Below the pieces are notes generated by a model. It saw only the letters and a program-made list of their open reading frames with translations, had not been told where the DNA came from and did not search any database. Positions 22,079-33,584 of a stretch of DNA of 64,000 nt are shown here, piece by piece. Numbering within the stretch: position 1 is the stretch's first letter; each line of letters begins with the position of its first letter. The DNA lies in contig JBEKCB010000002.1 in assembly GCA_050015075.1 (NCBI GenBank), positions 96,001 through 160,000 on the forward strand, written 5' to 3'. Position numbers and translations under genes: made by a program. This stretch comes from Candidatus Brocadiia bacterium. Lineage in GTDB: Bacteria > Planctomycetota > Brocadiia > CAIUPP01.

Positions 22079-22094
22079 TGTTCCACGTGAAACA
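22079..22094. promoter_or_regulatory. parS centromere-like site (ParB binding)
   Basis: TGTTCCACGTGAAACA, an exact match to the TGTTNCACGTGAAACA parS consensus; intergenic. Confidence 0.85.
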
Positions 22095-22114
22095 ATCAGA
22101 CTTATCCTGACACT

Positions 22115-22157
22115 CATGCCGCTTTCATGCCGCCTCCATGCCGCCGCAATGGCGCCG
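22115..22157 (+). repeat. 11-bp-period direct repeats (CATGCCGC core) next to parS
   Basis: CATGCCGC at 22115, 22126 and 22137; degenerate AATGGCGC at 22148. Confidence 0.7.
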
Positions 22158-22467
22158 CGACGAGCCGGAATGATGTCGAATAGGCCATGCATGCCGATAA
22201 CATGCTCTTTTTCCTGACGCCGTCGCGCGCAGGACGCTGATCGAACGTCCGGCTCGATAAACCCATCTGAAAAAACGAACCCAATCGCGTGCGTACCCCA
22301 GGCGACCCGCCCGCTTCCCACTCTCGCAGCTTGTGAAGGCGGAGGAAACATGTCCCCGGCACTTCGGCTGCCCCCTTTTCGGTGTCAACTTCTCAGGTTA
22401 TGATATTGCCGCGCGATAGACAAAGTTTCCCGCCGCTGACGTTATATGTATGGATTGGAGAGGGTCC

Positions 22468-22980
22468 ATGGAACGAGGCGGAGAGCAGGACTGGCCGACG
22501 TGGCTGAACCGGCACGGGCCGGCGCTCGTGCTCTTCGCAAGGCAGTGGGCGCCGGCGCAGTCCGACGCGGAGGATATCGTGCAGGACGCGTTCATCAGGT
22601 TTTGGCGCGCGAGGGGTTCAACGAACCCGGAGACGGCGTATCTCTTCGCCTGCGTGCGAACCTCCGCGCTGGACTGGCTTCGTTCGCGGACCCGGCGCGC
22701 GCGGCGCGAGAAGGATGCCGCCGGCCTCAAGCCGGTCTTCGCTGAGCCGGTCTTCGAGCGTTTCCCCGAGGACCAGGAATGGCGCGCAGCCGTCGAACGG
22801 AAGTTATCCGTGTTGCCCTCCGAACAACGCGAGGTCCTGGTCTTGAAACTTTGGGGCAGCCTGACATTCCGCGAGATCGGCCAGGCGCTGAATATTCCGC
22901 AGGACACGGCCGCTTCGCGCTATCGGTACGCGCTCGATTTCCTGAGGCGGAATTTGGAGGAGGTCCGGCCCCATGGATGA
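22468..22980 (+). CDS. ECF sigma factor (sigma70 family)
   Basis: AEDIVQDAFIRFW (region 2), LPSEQREVLVLKLWGSLTFREIGQALNIPQDTAASRYRYAL (region 4). Confidence 0.9.
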   Translation: MERGGEQDWPTWLNRHGPALVLFARQWAPAQSDAEDIVQDAFIRFWRARGSTNPETAYLFACVRTSALDWLRSRTRRARREKDAAGLKPVFAEPVFERFPEDQEWRAAVERKLSVLPSEQREVLVLKLWGSLTFREIGQALNIPQDTAASRYRYALDFLRRNLEEVRPHG

Positions 22981-23395
22981 TCGAATGGACGAATTCGAAG
23001 AACGGTTGCGCTCACTGCGGCCGGTCGCGCCGGCGCCGGACCTCGAGCGCAGGGTTTCGGCCGGTCTCGCCGGCGAATCGGCAGACGCGAAATCGCGGGT
23101 CGGCACATGGGTCGTCGTCGCGGCCGGGCTCATGGCCGCAATGCTGGCGATCTGCATTGCCCTGGCGCATCTTGGCGGACCGGCCGCCGCGCCCCGGCCG
23201 CTTCAGCCGGTGAAAACGGTGGCGCTGATACCCCACCACGATTTCACGGCGGACGATCCGCCGACCCGCGCGGTCTACGGCGCCGCCATGATGCGGTCGC
23301 CCGAAACGCTGGATGCGCTGATGGATAAGCACGCCCGGAGCTTGATGCCGCCGGACCGAGACCCGTCAGCCTGGAGAAATACAGTCCTGCAGTGA
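22973..23395 (+). CDS. Putative anti-sigma factor (single TM)
   Basis: Overlaps the sigma stop; FEERLRSLRP N-terminus and one hydrophobic helix. Confidence 0.7.
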   Translation: MDDRMDEFEERLRSLRPVAPAPDLERRVSAGLAGESADAKSRVGTWVVVAAGLMAAMLAICIALAHLGGPAAAPRPLQPVKTVALIPHHDFTADDPPTRAVYGAAMMRSPETLDALMDKHARSLMPPDRDPSAWRNTVLQ

Positions 23396-23487
23396 AGCTT
23401 GCGCATACGGCGGGCTGCAGACCGCCGGGTGCGGCATGGGTCAGTGAGACATTACAGCGTTTTCTTTTCCTGATGGAGGGCAGTGTC

Positions 23488-24633
23488 ATGAAGCGACTGG
23501 TGATGATTTGCTTGCTGTTGGCGGCCACGGCCATGCCGGTTTCGGTTGCCGCGGCGCAGACCGACTGGAGAGGGCCGAAGGAACTCGGCGACAACGCGGC
23601 GCTCAAGTATTGGCTGGCGTTCGGGACGCTGACCACTCTGCCCGAGGCCGATTACAAGCTCGTCAGGAACTGGAACGGGGCCGGCCCGGACCCGGCGGCC
23701 GCACACATGGTCGAGTGGTGCGAGACCAGCCTCAAGCTCTTGCATGAAGCGGTCAACTGCAAATGGTGCAATTGGGGCCTGGTCAATGAGGGGCCCGGCA
23801 CTGAGATGCCGCATTTAGCCAAGATGCGCGAGCTTGCCTGGCGTGCCTGCTTCAGGGCCAGATACCGCGCCGCGACCGGAGACGGCAACGGCGCGGTCGA
23901 GGATATTCTGGCCGTCTTCGCGCTTTCGAGACACTGCAACGCCGACTCTTCGATGATCGCTTATATCGTACGTCTTTTTAACCAGCGCATCGCTACGAAG
24001 GGCGCCGCGGATACGCTCAAACGCTTGAATCCCGAGCAGCTCAGGAAGCTCGCCGAGGGGCTTGACTCGCTGCCGCAATGCTGCAGCCTGCGGGACGCTT
24101 TCCTCGACGAGTCCGAAAACGAGTACGGCTGGTGGGCGGATCATATCAAGCGCGGCGGCATCAAGGCAGCCGAGGAGTTCCGAAGGTCCGATGATCGGGA
24201 GAATGAGGCGGGCAAGGCGGACTCGAAGGAGCCGATTACGGAGGAGGACGTCGCGCGCTACATCCACGACCTGGAGGTCGCGCAGCGCTGCTGGGCGCTC
24301 GTTGCCGACATGGCCGCGCTGCCGCCGGCGGAATTCGCGGCCCGGAGCCAGGCGCTTGAGGAGAAAATGAAGAAGGAGTGCACGACGCTTCCCGAGCTCT
24401 TCAACCACCCGGTATCGGAATTCCGCAACAACGGGGCGCGCGCCGATGCCTCGTTCGCCATGCTCAAGGCGGCGATCGCCGTCGTCCTCAACGGTCCGGA
24501 CAGCCTGAAGTCCATCCAGGACCCGTTCGGCGCCGGCCCCTTCGAATACACCGCCGTCGGAACAGGCTTCCAGTTGAAGTCGAAGTTCGTCTTTCAGGGG
24601 AAGCCCGTGGAACTGACTGTGCCCGGAACGTAA
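23488..24633 (+). CDS. Secreted helical hypothetical protein
   Basis: RBS GGAGGG, signal peptide MKRLVMICLLLAA; NAALKYWLAF, PHLAKMRELA, DPFGAGPFEY. Confidence 0.75.
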   Translation: MKRLVMICLLLAATAMPVSVAAAQTDWRGPKELGDNAALKYWLAFGTLTTLPEADYKLVRNWNGAGPDPAAAHMVEWCETSLKLLHEAVNCKWCNWGLVNEGPGTEMPHLAKMRELAWRACFRARYRAATGDGNGAVEDILAVFALSRHCNADSSMIAYIVRLFNQRIATKGAADTLKRLNPEQLRKLAEGLDSLPQCCSLRDAFLDESENEYGWWADHIKRGGIKAAEEFRRSDDRENEAGKADSKEPITEEDVARYIHDLEVAQRCWALVADMAALPPAEFAARSQALEEKMKKECTTLPELFNHPVSEFRNNGARADASFAMLKAAIAVVLNGPDSLKSIQDPFGAGPFEYTAVGTGFQLKSKFVFQGKPVELTVPGT

Positions 24634-24687
24634 CCACGAGGAGCTCAGCCAAGCAGCGCCCGCACTTCGGCGTCGGCCAGAGAAATT

Positions 24688-24732
24688 GGACAGGCCCCGT
24701 TACCCGAGACAGCCCTTCGGAAACGGGGCCTG
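24688..24732. repeat. 45-bp palindromic repeat, left boundary of the low-GC cassette
   Basis: GGACAGGCCCCGTTACCCGAGACAGCCCTTCGGAAACGGGGCCTG; 11-bp arms CAGGCCCCGTT/AACGGGGCCTG. Confidence 0.9.
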
Positions 24733-24804
24733 CCACCATTTTCCGCCAGCAGCCCCCGCAATGCCGGAGCTGCCACCCACTCACGCTCTCAGGACACTTT
24801 CCGC

Positions 24805-24844
24805 TTGACATTTTCCTCGCCCCTGACTAAACTTCCTGTATAAT
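24805..24844 (+). promoter_or_regulatory. Putative sigma70 promoter of the cassette
   Basis: TTGACA-17 bp-TAAACT, plus TATAAT at 24839-24844; RBS GGAGG before ATG 24872. Confidence 0.6.
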
Positions 24845-24871
24845 CTCAAGGATGCTGCCAACGGAGGCACC

Positions 24872-25702
24872 ATGACCATAGCTATCTCCCTCAAAGTTAA
24901 CGACGGCGTCATCCTCGCCGCCGATAGTGCCACGAGTATCCCCGCTCCCGGCGGCCAAATTATTAACGTCTACAACAACGCCAACAAGATATTCAATCTC
25001 AAGAAGGGCCATCCAGTTGGAGCCGTTGCTTGGGGTCTAGGGAGTATCGGGCAAGCCTCAATCACCACCCTGGCAAAGGATTTTCGTTATGAGCTTACCA
25101 GTGGGTCCCTCAGCTCGCTAATCTCGGAAGGGTATACAGTAGAGAGAATTGCAACAGAATTCCTCGCCTTCCTCAAGAAGAAGCACGACGAGCAGCCCCC
25201 TGAATGGCGTCAGAACTCACCGCCCCTCGGACTCTATGTCGTCGGATACTCCTCCAACAAGGACTATGCCGAAGAATGGCAAATCCAGATCGCCGCTGAC
25301 AAAGCCACTGGCCCTACCCGTATCCGCAAACCCGACGAAATGGGCGTAACATGGGGAGGTGATGGCCGTACCCTTTACCGCCTGCTCCTGGGATATGACA
25401 TTCAGCTTCCCGCTCAACTCGTCGTCGCCGGCATCGCAAGTGAACAGGTCAACAAGGTTATGCCAGTTATCGCAAAGGCCATCACCTGGCCTTTCGTCTT
25501 TCCCGCCATGCCCATCCAAGACGCCATCGACCTGGCTGAATTCTTGGTTTACGCCACAGCGCAGTGCGCAAGGTTTGGGCCGGGTGCCCCTATCGTCGGC
25601 GGTCCCATCGAGATAGCTGCGATCACAAAACACGAGGGCTTCAAATGGGTCCGTAGGAAGCACTACTTTGGTCACGATCTCAATCCACCCCCACCCGTCT
25701 AG
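24872..25702 (+). CDS. Proteasome-beta/Ntn-hydrolase-like hypothetical protein
   Basis: Starts M-TIAISLKVNDGVILAADS (Thr1, Asp17), ANKIF Lys, C-terminal VGGPIEIAAIT; visibly lower GC than flanks. Confidence 0.6.
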   Translation: MTIAISLKVNDGVILAADSATSIPAPGGQIINVYNNANKIFNLKKGHPVGAVAWGLGSIGQASITTLAKDFRYELTSGSLSSLISEGYTVERIATEFLAFLKKKHDEQPPEWRQNSPPLGLYVVGYSSNKDYAEEWQIQIAADKATGPTRIRKPDEMGVTWGGDGRTLYRLLLGYDIQLPAQLVVAGIASEQVNKVMPVIAKAITWPFVFPAMPIQDAIDLAEFLVYATAQCARFGPGAPIVGGPIEIAAITKHEGFKWVRRKHYFGHDLNPPPPV

Positions 25703-25716
25703 AGGGAGAGACCGCA

Positions 25717-25950
25717 GTGGAGTCTTATTCTCTTACATACAATTCAAGAGACGTGCTTACCATCCTAAAGCTCAACGACTATGGCAATCTTAACGAAATA
25801 GTCAGCACATACTCTGCCAACTTCGCTCCTGCCTACTTCGACGAAGATACTGAGTGCCTGCGCATCATTCAAGATAGACAATCGGACTCCACTATCTCTC
25901 TCGATGAGTTCCTAACTACTCTCCGAACCGATGGCATCCTGGCACATTGA
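25717..25950 (+). CDS. Putative antitoxin (RelB-like C-terminus)
   Basis: 77 aa acidic ORF overlapping the toxin start; ED..L..I.DR....TISLDEFL..L...G pattern. Confidence 0.6.
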   Translation: MESYSLTYNSRDVLTILKLNDYGNLNEIVSTYSANFAPAYFDEDTECLRIIQDRQSDSTISLDEFLTTLRTDGILAH

Positions 25951-26212
25951 GCTATCCAACCGGGTCAAGCGTGATTTCCACTCCATTGACCCGCAATACG
26001 TTCCACGGATACTCGATGCGATTACGGCATTGGCCCAGGAGCCCCGCCCAGCCGCTTCCGCTAAACTCGCAGGCCATCCCAACGCGAGACGCCTCCGGGT
26101 CGGTTCCTTCCGTGTTCTCTACACTATCGACGTATCTGCAGCGCGCATTGTCATCCTACAAGTAGGATCTCGCAGTAATATCTACACAAACTGGCAGCAC
26201 AAACCTGCTTGA
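25931..26212 (+). CDS. RelE/ParE family type II toxin
   Basis: 93 aa; RILDAITALAQEPRP..SAKLAG..RRLRVGSFRVLYTID..IVILQVGSRSNIY. Confidence 0.88.
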   Translation: MASWHIELSNRVKRDFHSIDPQYVPRILDAITALAQEPRPAASAKLAGHPNARRLRVGSFRVLYTIDVSAARIVILQVGSRSNIYTNWQHKPA

Positions 26213-26245
26213 CCGACCCTCCGTGAACACTTGCGGGAAAGATAG

Positions 26246-26290
26246 GGACAGGCCCCGTTACCCGAGATAGCCTTTCGGAAACGGGGCCTG
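26246..26290. repeat. 45-bp palindromic repeat, right boundary of the low-GC cassette
   Basis: GGACAGGCCCCGTTACCCGAGATAGCCTTTCGGAAACGGGGCCTG; 43/45 identical to 24688-24732, same orientation. Confidence 0.9.
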
Positions 26291-26360
26291 GCCCTGTTTC
26301 CGTATTTCCGCTTCATCCAGTGATGTTCGCACTTTACGCAGATTCGTCTTTCAGGCATCG

Positions 26361-27008
26361 TCAGTGAGGATGAGTCCAATGGCGGTCTATTCCGCTCGGC
26401 ACCATATAGATGATTGGGAATAGGACATAGAGAACGAGGCTGATGGCGGGGTTGACCAACGCCAGGAGCACCGCACAAATGTTCAACAGTACTCCCATCA
26501 GAATCCGCCGCTTTCCCTTGCGCACGAGTTCCGGTTCGAGATTGTCGCCCACGAGACGGCGGCCGCTTGTGGCATACGCCCATTGCCAATAGAGTGTGAG
26601 CCCCAGCGCCATCATATTGCAACCGTAGACCATTGCCGCGATTCGATGTCGCGGATAATCTCCCAGGAGATCTGTCGAAAACGGCATAAACACCACAATG
26701 AGGAGGAATAGCAGATTAATCCAAAGAAAGTAGCGGTCCGTGCGCTTGAGAAAATGGGAGTAGCCGTGATGGGCGGCCCAGAAAAAACCAAGAGTCACAA
26801 AGCTCATCGCAAAAGTCAGAAATTTCGGCCACAGGTCCAGCAGGGTTTGCGCCAAAACCCCTTGATTGACCAGCGGCTCGGGGAGTTTAGGGATCTTTAC
26901 ATCCAGGACCAGAAGGGTCATCGCAAATGCGAAAATGCCATCGCTCAGCGCCTCGATCCGCTGCTTGCCGAGCCCTTCGACGTTTTCCGTATGGCTTGAA
27001 GGAATCAT
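26361..27008 (-). CDS. TMEM175/DUF1211 family potassium channel
   Basis: RIEALSDGIFAFAMTLLVLD, WAAHH, NLLFLL..VFMPFST. Confidence 0.88.
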   Translation of the reverse strand: MIPSSHTENVEGLGKQRIEALSDGIFAFAMTLLVLDVKIPKLPEPLVNQGVLAQTLLDLWPKFLTFAMSFVTLGFFWAAHHGYSHFLKRTDRYFLWINLLFLLIVVFMPFSTDLLGDYPRHRIAAMVYGCNMMALGLTLYWQWAYATSGRRLVGDNLEPELVRKGKRRILMGVLLNICAVLLALVNPAISLVLYVLFPIIYMVPSGIDRHWTHPH

Positions 27009-27041
27009 GCGTTCTCCGGTTTCTTTACGGTCTCCTTCGAG

Positions 27042-27495
27042 TCAGATGACGCGCAGGACGATCTTGCCGCGCGCGTGGCCTGTCCGGCTCGTCTCCTGTG
27101 CGCGGCGCGCTTCCGAAAGCGTCAGGACCGTCTCGACGAATACCTTGACCCGAAGTCGTGAACCACGGCTCATGCCCGGCCAGTTCGGTGACGTTGTCGG
27201 CCTTCTCCGTCCGCGGGTCGCTATTCCTGATCCACTCGCGACGCGCATCCGATCGCAGCCATTGACGCAGATGAGCCGCGCTGTCGAATTTCAGGGTGAT
27301 GACGTAATCAAAGTTCGCCGGATCGCGCGGCCGCAGGATGCTGACGCCGTGGTGTCCCGGGAATTGAGCGACCGCCTGAGAGATGCCCTGCAGCCACTCC
27401 TCGAACGCCTTCTGACAACCCGCTCTGACGCGGCGGGAAATGACCGCGGTCACTGGAATTTGCGATTCCTCGATGGTGGAACTCTTGGAATCCAT
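27042..27495 (-). pseudogene. Fusion scar: N-terminal ABM-monooxygenase-like gene fragment joined to the C-terminal remnant of an MDR-family oxidoreductase
   Basis: VTAVISRRVRAG..AFEEW..FPGH.GV..FDS...L.QWL.S..R..W breaks at ~27160; another frame gives KVFVETVLTLSEARRAQE..GHARGKIVLRV*. Confidence 0.6.
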
Positions 27496-27793
27496 TGGTC
27501 CTCTTTTTGCCCTGCCTCAACGAAAAACCTTCCCGTTTCCATTACAGCGCACATTTCCGAGCGAGTCAAGATGCGCGCGGCCGAAAAAATCGCTCATGGG
27601 TATTGACATGGGGTGTGCGGTGAATTACGGTGGACGTGGGGATAAGCGCGCTGGGGTGCGCCCGTGACGCAGCAAAGCAGCATGGACATCCTGATTTTCC
27701 ACGTGCCACACGCCATCGAGGGCCGGTTCGTGAAGGGGTTCGTCGGCGGGCACGGCGGATGAAGCCGCAGGTCATTGTAAAGGGGCGGGAGCC

Positions 27794-28525
27794 GTGGAAA
27801 AACTGAAAGGGAAGGTCGCCGTAATCACCGGCGGCAGCAGCGGCATCGGCCTGGCGACCGCAAAGCGTTTCGTCGCGGAGGGCGCATTTGTCTTCATCAT
27901 CGGCCGGCGCCAGGCCGAACTCGACGCGGCCGTGAAACAGATCGGCTCCAACGCCGCCGGCGTTCAGGGCGATGTCGCCAACCTGGCCGATCTGGACGGG
28001 CTGTACTCGGCGGTGAAGCGGCAGAAGGGGCGAATTGACATCCTTTTCGCCAACGCCGGCGTCGTTGAATTCGTCCCGCTCGGTTCGATCACCGAAGAGC
28101 ACTTCGACAGGCTCTTCAACATCAATGTCCGAGGCGTGCTTTTCACCGTGCAGAAAGCCCTGCCGCTGTTCACCGACGGCGGCTCCATTATCCTGACGAG
28201 TTCGGGCGTGAGCATCAAGGGCTTTGCCGCCGCCAGCGTTTACAGCGCGACGAAGGCGGCGGTCCGCTCCTTCGCGCGATGCTGGACGACCGACCTGAAA
28301 CAGCGGCGAATCCGCGTGAACGTCATCAGTCCGGGGCCGATCGAAACGCCGATGTTCGCCGAAGTGCCCCAGGAAGAGAAGGCGCGGCTTTCCTCCACGG
28401 TCCCCATGGGCCGCCTGGGCAAGCCGGACGAGATCGCCAGCGCCGCCGTTTTCCTCGCGTCGGACGAGAGCAGTTACGTCACCGGCATCGAACTGTTCGT
28501 GGACGGAGGCGTGGCGCAGGTCTGA
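27794..28525 (+). CDS. Short-chain dehydrogenase/reductase
   Basis: [37 protein letters not shown]. Confidence 0.95.
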   Translation: MEKLKGKVAVITGGSSGIGLATAKRFVAEGAFVFIIGRRQAELDAAVKQIGSNAAGVQGDVANLADLDGLYSAVKRQKGRIDILFANAGVVEFVPLGSITEEHFDRLFNINVRGVLFTVQKALPLFTDGGSIILTSSGVSIKGFAAASVYSATKAAVRSFARCWTTDLKQRRIRVNVISPGPIETPMFAEVPQEEKARLSSTVPMGRLGKPDEIASAAVFLASDESSYVTGIELFVDGGVAQV

Positions 28526-28579
28526 CGATTTCATGATCAAAGACCGCAAGCGCAAAGCGGCGCCTCGAGGGAGGAATGC

Positions 28580-29071
28580 ATGGCGATTGCAAAGATCGAG
28601 ATCCAACGGTTCAGCGTGACATCTTCCAGGCCGTTTCGCGAGGTACTGGGGGCGCTTGAGGCGGCTTTGGGCCATCCCGACCCGAAGGTGTTTCGCGAGA
28701 ACGTCGCCGCAGCGGAGACGTTCGCCGAACTGGAAAAGGTCGTCCATGAGGTCCTCGGATCGTCCGGATTGATGGAGTTCGCGCGGTTTGACTTTGGCGT
28801 GGTCCTGCGCAAGCGAATGGAAGCTGCGCCACAAACTGTGCGGCTCGTCCTGGGCAACCCGCTCATCATGACCCGGATGGTCATGCACGTGCCGGATGCG
28901 GGCTCATACGTGCCGGTGACGGTTCTGATTGACGAGCGCCAGGACGGAGTCCATCTCTCTTACGACAAGACGGCGAGTTTTCTTGCCCCGTATGGAAACT
29001 CCGAAGCGCTGAAAGTGGCCCGAGACCTGGATGCGAAGATTGAGGCGCTGCTGGCGGACGCTGCGCGGTAA
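28580..29071 (+). CDS. DUF302 domain protein
   Basis: LVLGNPLI...M......AGSYVPVTVLIDE..DGV.LSYD. Confidence 0.75.
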   Translation: MAIAKIEIQRFSVTSSRPFREVLGALEAALGHPDPKVFRENVAAAETFAELEKVVHEVLGSSGLMEFARFDFGVVLRKRMEAAPQTVRLVLGNPLIMTRMVMHVPDAGSYVPVTVLIDERQDGVHLSYDKTASFLAPYGNSEALKVARDLDAKIEALLADAAR

Positions 29072-29112
29072 TGCGGCGCGCGCCCAGTCTGCCTTGTCAG
29101 AAGGGAGGCCGA

Positions 29113-29427
29113 ATGAGTGCGACGAAGTGGACCTATGTATTGGACGATGCCGCGTTACAGGAAGGCCGCATGGCGCCGGCGTTTCCGCTGGGAGTGAACG
29201 TCGTTCTGGCGCGGGTCGGCGGCGTGGCCTACGCCGTTTCCGGCAAGTGCGCGCACATGGCGTGCCCGCTGTTCATGGGGAAACTGGCGGGCCACACGCT
29301 CACCTGCCCGTGCCACGACTGGCGGTTCGATGTCCGCACCGGCAAGTTCCTCGATGCGCCCGAGCTGGGCGTTGCCGTTTATCCGGTGAAGTCCGACGCC
29401 GGCAAACTGTTCGTCAACCTCGGCTGA
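29113..29427 (+). CDS. Rieske [2Fe-2S] ferredoxin
   Basis: CAH..CPL and TCPCHDWRFD; RBS GGGAGG. Confidence 0.9.
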   Translation: MSATKWTYVLDDAALQEGRMAPAFPLGVNVVLARVGGVAYAVSGKCAHMACPLFMGKLAGHTLTCPCHDWRFDVRTGKFLDAPELGVAVYPVKSDAGKLFVNLG

Positions 29428-29439
29428 AAGGAGGCGGTC

Positions 29440-29694
29440 ATGAAGAAAGTCAGCATGTATACGCTCTCGACTTGTCCCTGGTGCCGCAAGACGAAGAAGT
29501 TCTTCGCCGACCACAAGGTCCCGTTCGATTTCGTGGACTACGATCTCGCCGACCCGGCGACGCAGAAAAAGATTACGCAAGAGCTCGACGCCGCAGGCGC
29601 CACCGGCTTCCCGTTCGTCAGGATTGGCGACGAAGTCATCGTGGGCTGGCAGCCGGAACGCTATTCGGCCGCGCTGGGCATTGGAGGCGCTTGA
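29440..29694 (+). CDS. Glutaredoxin/NrdH-like redoxin
   Basis: YTLSTCPWCRKTK, GFPFV.IG..VIVGW; RBS AAGGAGG. Confidence 0.9.
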   Translation: MKKVSMYTLSTCPWCRKTKKFFADHKVPFDFVDYDLADPATQKKITQELDAAGATGFPFVRIGDEVIVGWQPERYSAALGIGGA

Positions 29695-30030
29695 ATGAAT
29701 ACTGAATCGAGGAAGAAGGCGCTGCACTATTTCTATGAGAAGGTCGTCGAGCCGCTGGGTTTCAAGTTCACCCCCGACGCGGAGCTGATGGAGTTCCTGC
29801 TCGAGCAGGAGGTGATCCTGGAAGGCAAGCACGGCATTCCCTTCTGCCCCTGCCAGCCGCTGCGGCGCGACCGCGCGCGCGACATGCAGATCGTCTGCCC
29901 GTGCATTCCTTTCCACCGGAAGCATTTCGACGCGATCAAACGCTGCTGGTGCGGGCTGTTCGTTCACCAGGACGTCACGGACCCGGACACACTGCCGCAA
30001 CTGCCGCCGAAGGAGGTGGGCCTTGAGTGA
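29695..30030 (+). CDS. Ferredoxin:thioredoxin reductase catalytic-subunit-like protein
   Basis: FCPC, VCPC..H and CWCGLF triad characteristic of the FTR catalytic chain. Confidence 0.88.
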   Translation: MNTESRKKALHYFYEKVVEPLGFKFTPDAELMEFLLEQEVILEGKHGIPFCPCQPLRRDRARDMQIVCPCIPFHRKHFDAIKRCWCGLFVHQDVTDPDTLPQLPPKEVGLE

Positions 30031-30418
30031 TCAATTCATTCGGGCGATCAGCGCCGCCGAAGTCGCGCCCGGCGGGATGAAGGCGGTCGAGCTTGATGGG
30101 AAGGAGATCGTCGTCTGCAACTGCGCCGGAAAGTATTACGCCGTCCAGCGGCGATGCGGCCACATGAATGCGCCGCTCGACATGGGAACGCTCGACGGAA
30201 CGTACCTGACCTGCGCCATGCACTGCGCGCAATTTGACGTCACCACCGGTGAAGCGCTTTCCGGCCCGGTTCCGGAGGATTTCGCAGGCGAAGTCCCGCC
30301 GCCCCTGATGGGCCAATTCTTTCAGAACGTCGGCATGCTGATGGCGCACGTCCGCACGGAATCCATCCGCACCTATCCAACGAGGATGGAAGCCGGCTGG
30401 GTCCTGATCGCTCCGTAA
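30023..30418 (+). CDS. Second Rieske [2Fe-2S] ferredoxin
   Basis: RCGHMNAPL, TCAMHCAQFDV.TG; TTG start overlapping the FTR stop. Confidence 0.85.
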   Translation: MSDQFIRAISAAEVAPGGMKAVELDGKEIVVCNCAGKYYAVQRRCGHMNAPLDMGTLDGTYLTCAMHCAQFDVTTGEALSGPVPEDFAGEVPPPLMGQFFQNVGMLMAHVRTESIRTYPTRMEAGWVLIAP

Positions 30419-30451
30419 GGAAGCTGATCATGATGCTGCGGGGACACCAGA

Positions 30452-33105
<2,654 letters not shown>

Positions 33106-33118
33106 TGTGCATGCCCAC

Positions 33119-33173
33119 AAATACAAGTGAATCTTATTTAGGACAATGTAGCCGCTCGGGTGGGCCGTGTCAA
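33119..33173 (-). promoter_or_regulatory. perR-katG promoter with AT-rich imperfect palindrome (possible Per/Fur box)
   Basis: TTGACA-17 bp-TACATT (33173-33145), followed by AAATAAGATTCACTTGTATTT. Confidence 0.55.
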
Positions 33174-33584
33174 GATGTTGCGCCGAAAGAAACGGCATCT
33201 GCGCCCGCCTGGGCAGAAGCGGCGTGAGGCTTTTGTGCAAAACGATTTGCCCGCGCGCGGCCCTTGCGCTTTTATGAGGCAGGCCTCGCGACAGCCGTCC
33301 AGCGATCTTGTCTCGTGGCTTCTTATAGAACACATGCTGTCCAGATGTGCGACACATGGGCAGAGGCGATGCCTCCGCCGAGGTTGCGATTGTGCGATTT
33401 TGGAAACAGCGATAGTACGCCAAGCCCCGCAACCTCAATCAAACTCAAGAGTTCCGCCCGCCACGCACCCGCGCTGACGGCCGAGTCGGCCCTTCTCTTC
33501 CGGGCAATGGCACGTGGGTTGCTTTCGTTCATGCCGGAGCGATAGGCAATCGGTGCGATCCTGCGTATGCCAAGTGAGAAAGCC

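Noticed and set aside
22014-22460. oriC next to parS
   Set aside because: No cluster of TTATCCACA boxes or extended AT-rich unwinding element was seen.
24688-26290. Integron attC sites
   Set aside because: The palindromes lack a clear RYYYAAC...GTTRRRY arrangement (GTT precedes AAC) and no intI is present; kept only as unexplained boundaries.
29440-30030. Selenocysteine recoding in the redoxin/FTR genes
   Set aside because: All active-site positions are Cys codons, and the TGA codons lie at natural ends.
33106-33438. 111-aa N-terminal extension of the Fur/PerR ORF
   Set aside because: It spans the promoter and has no Fur-like character; the real start is near 33105.
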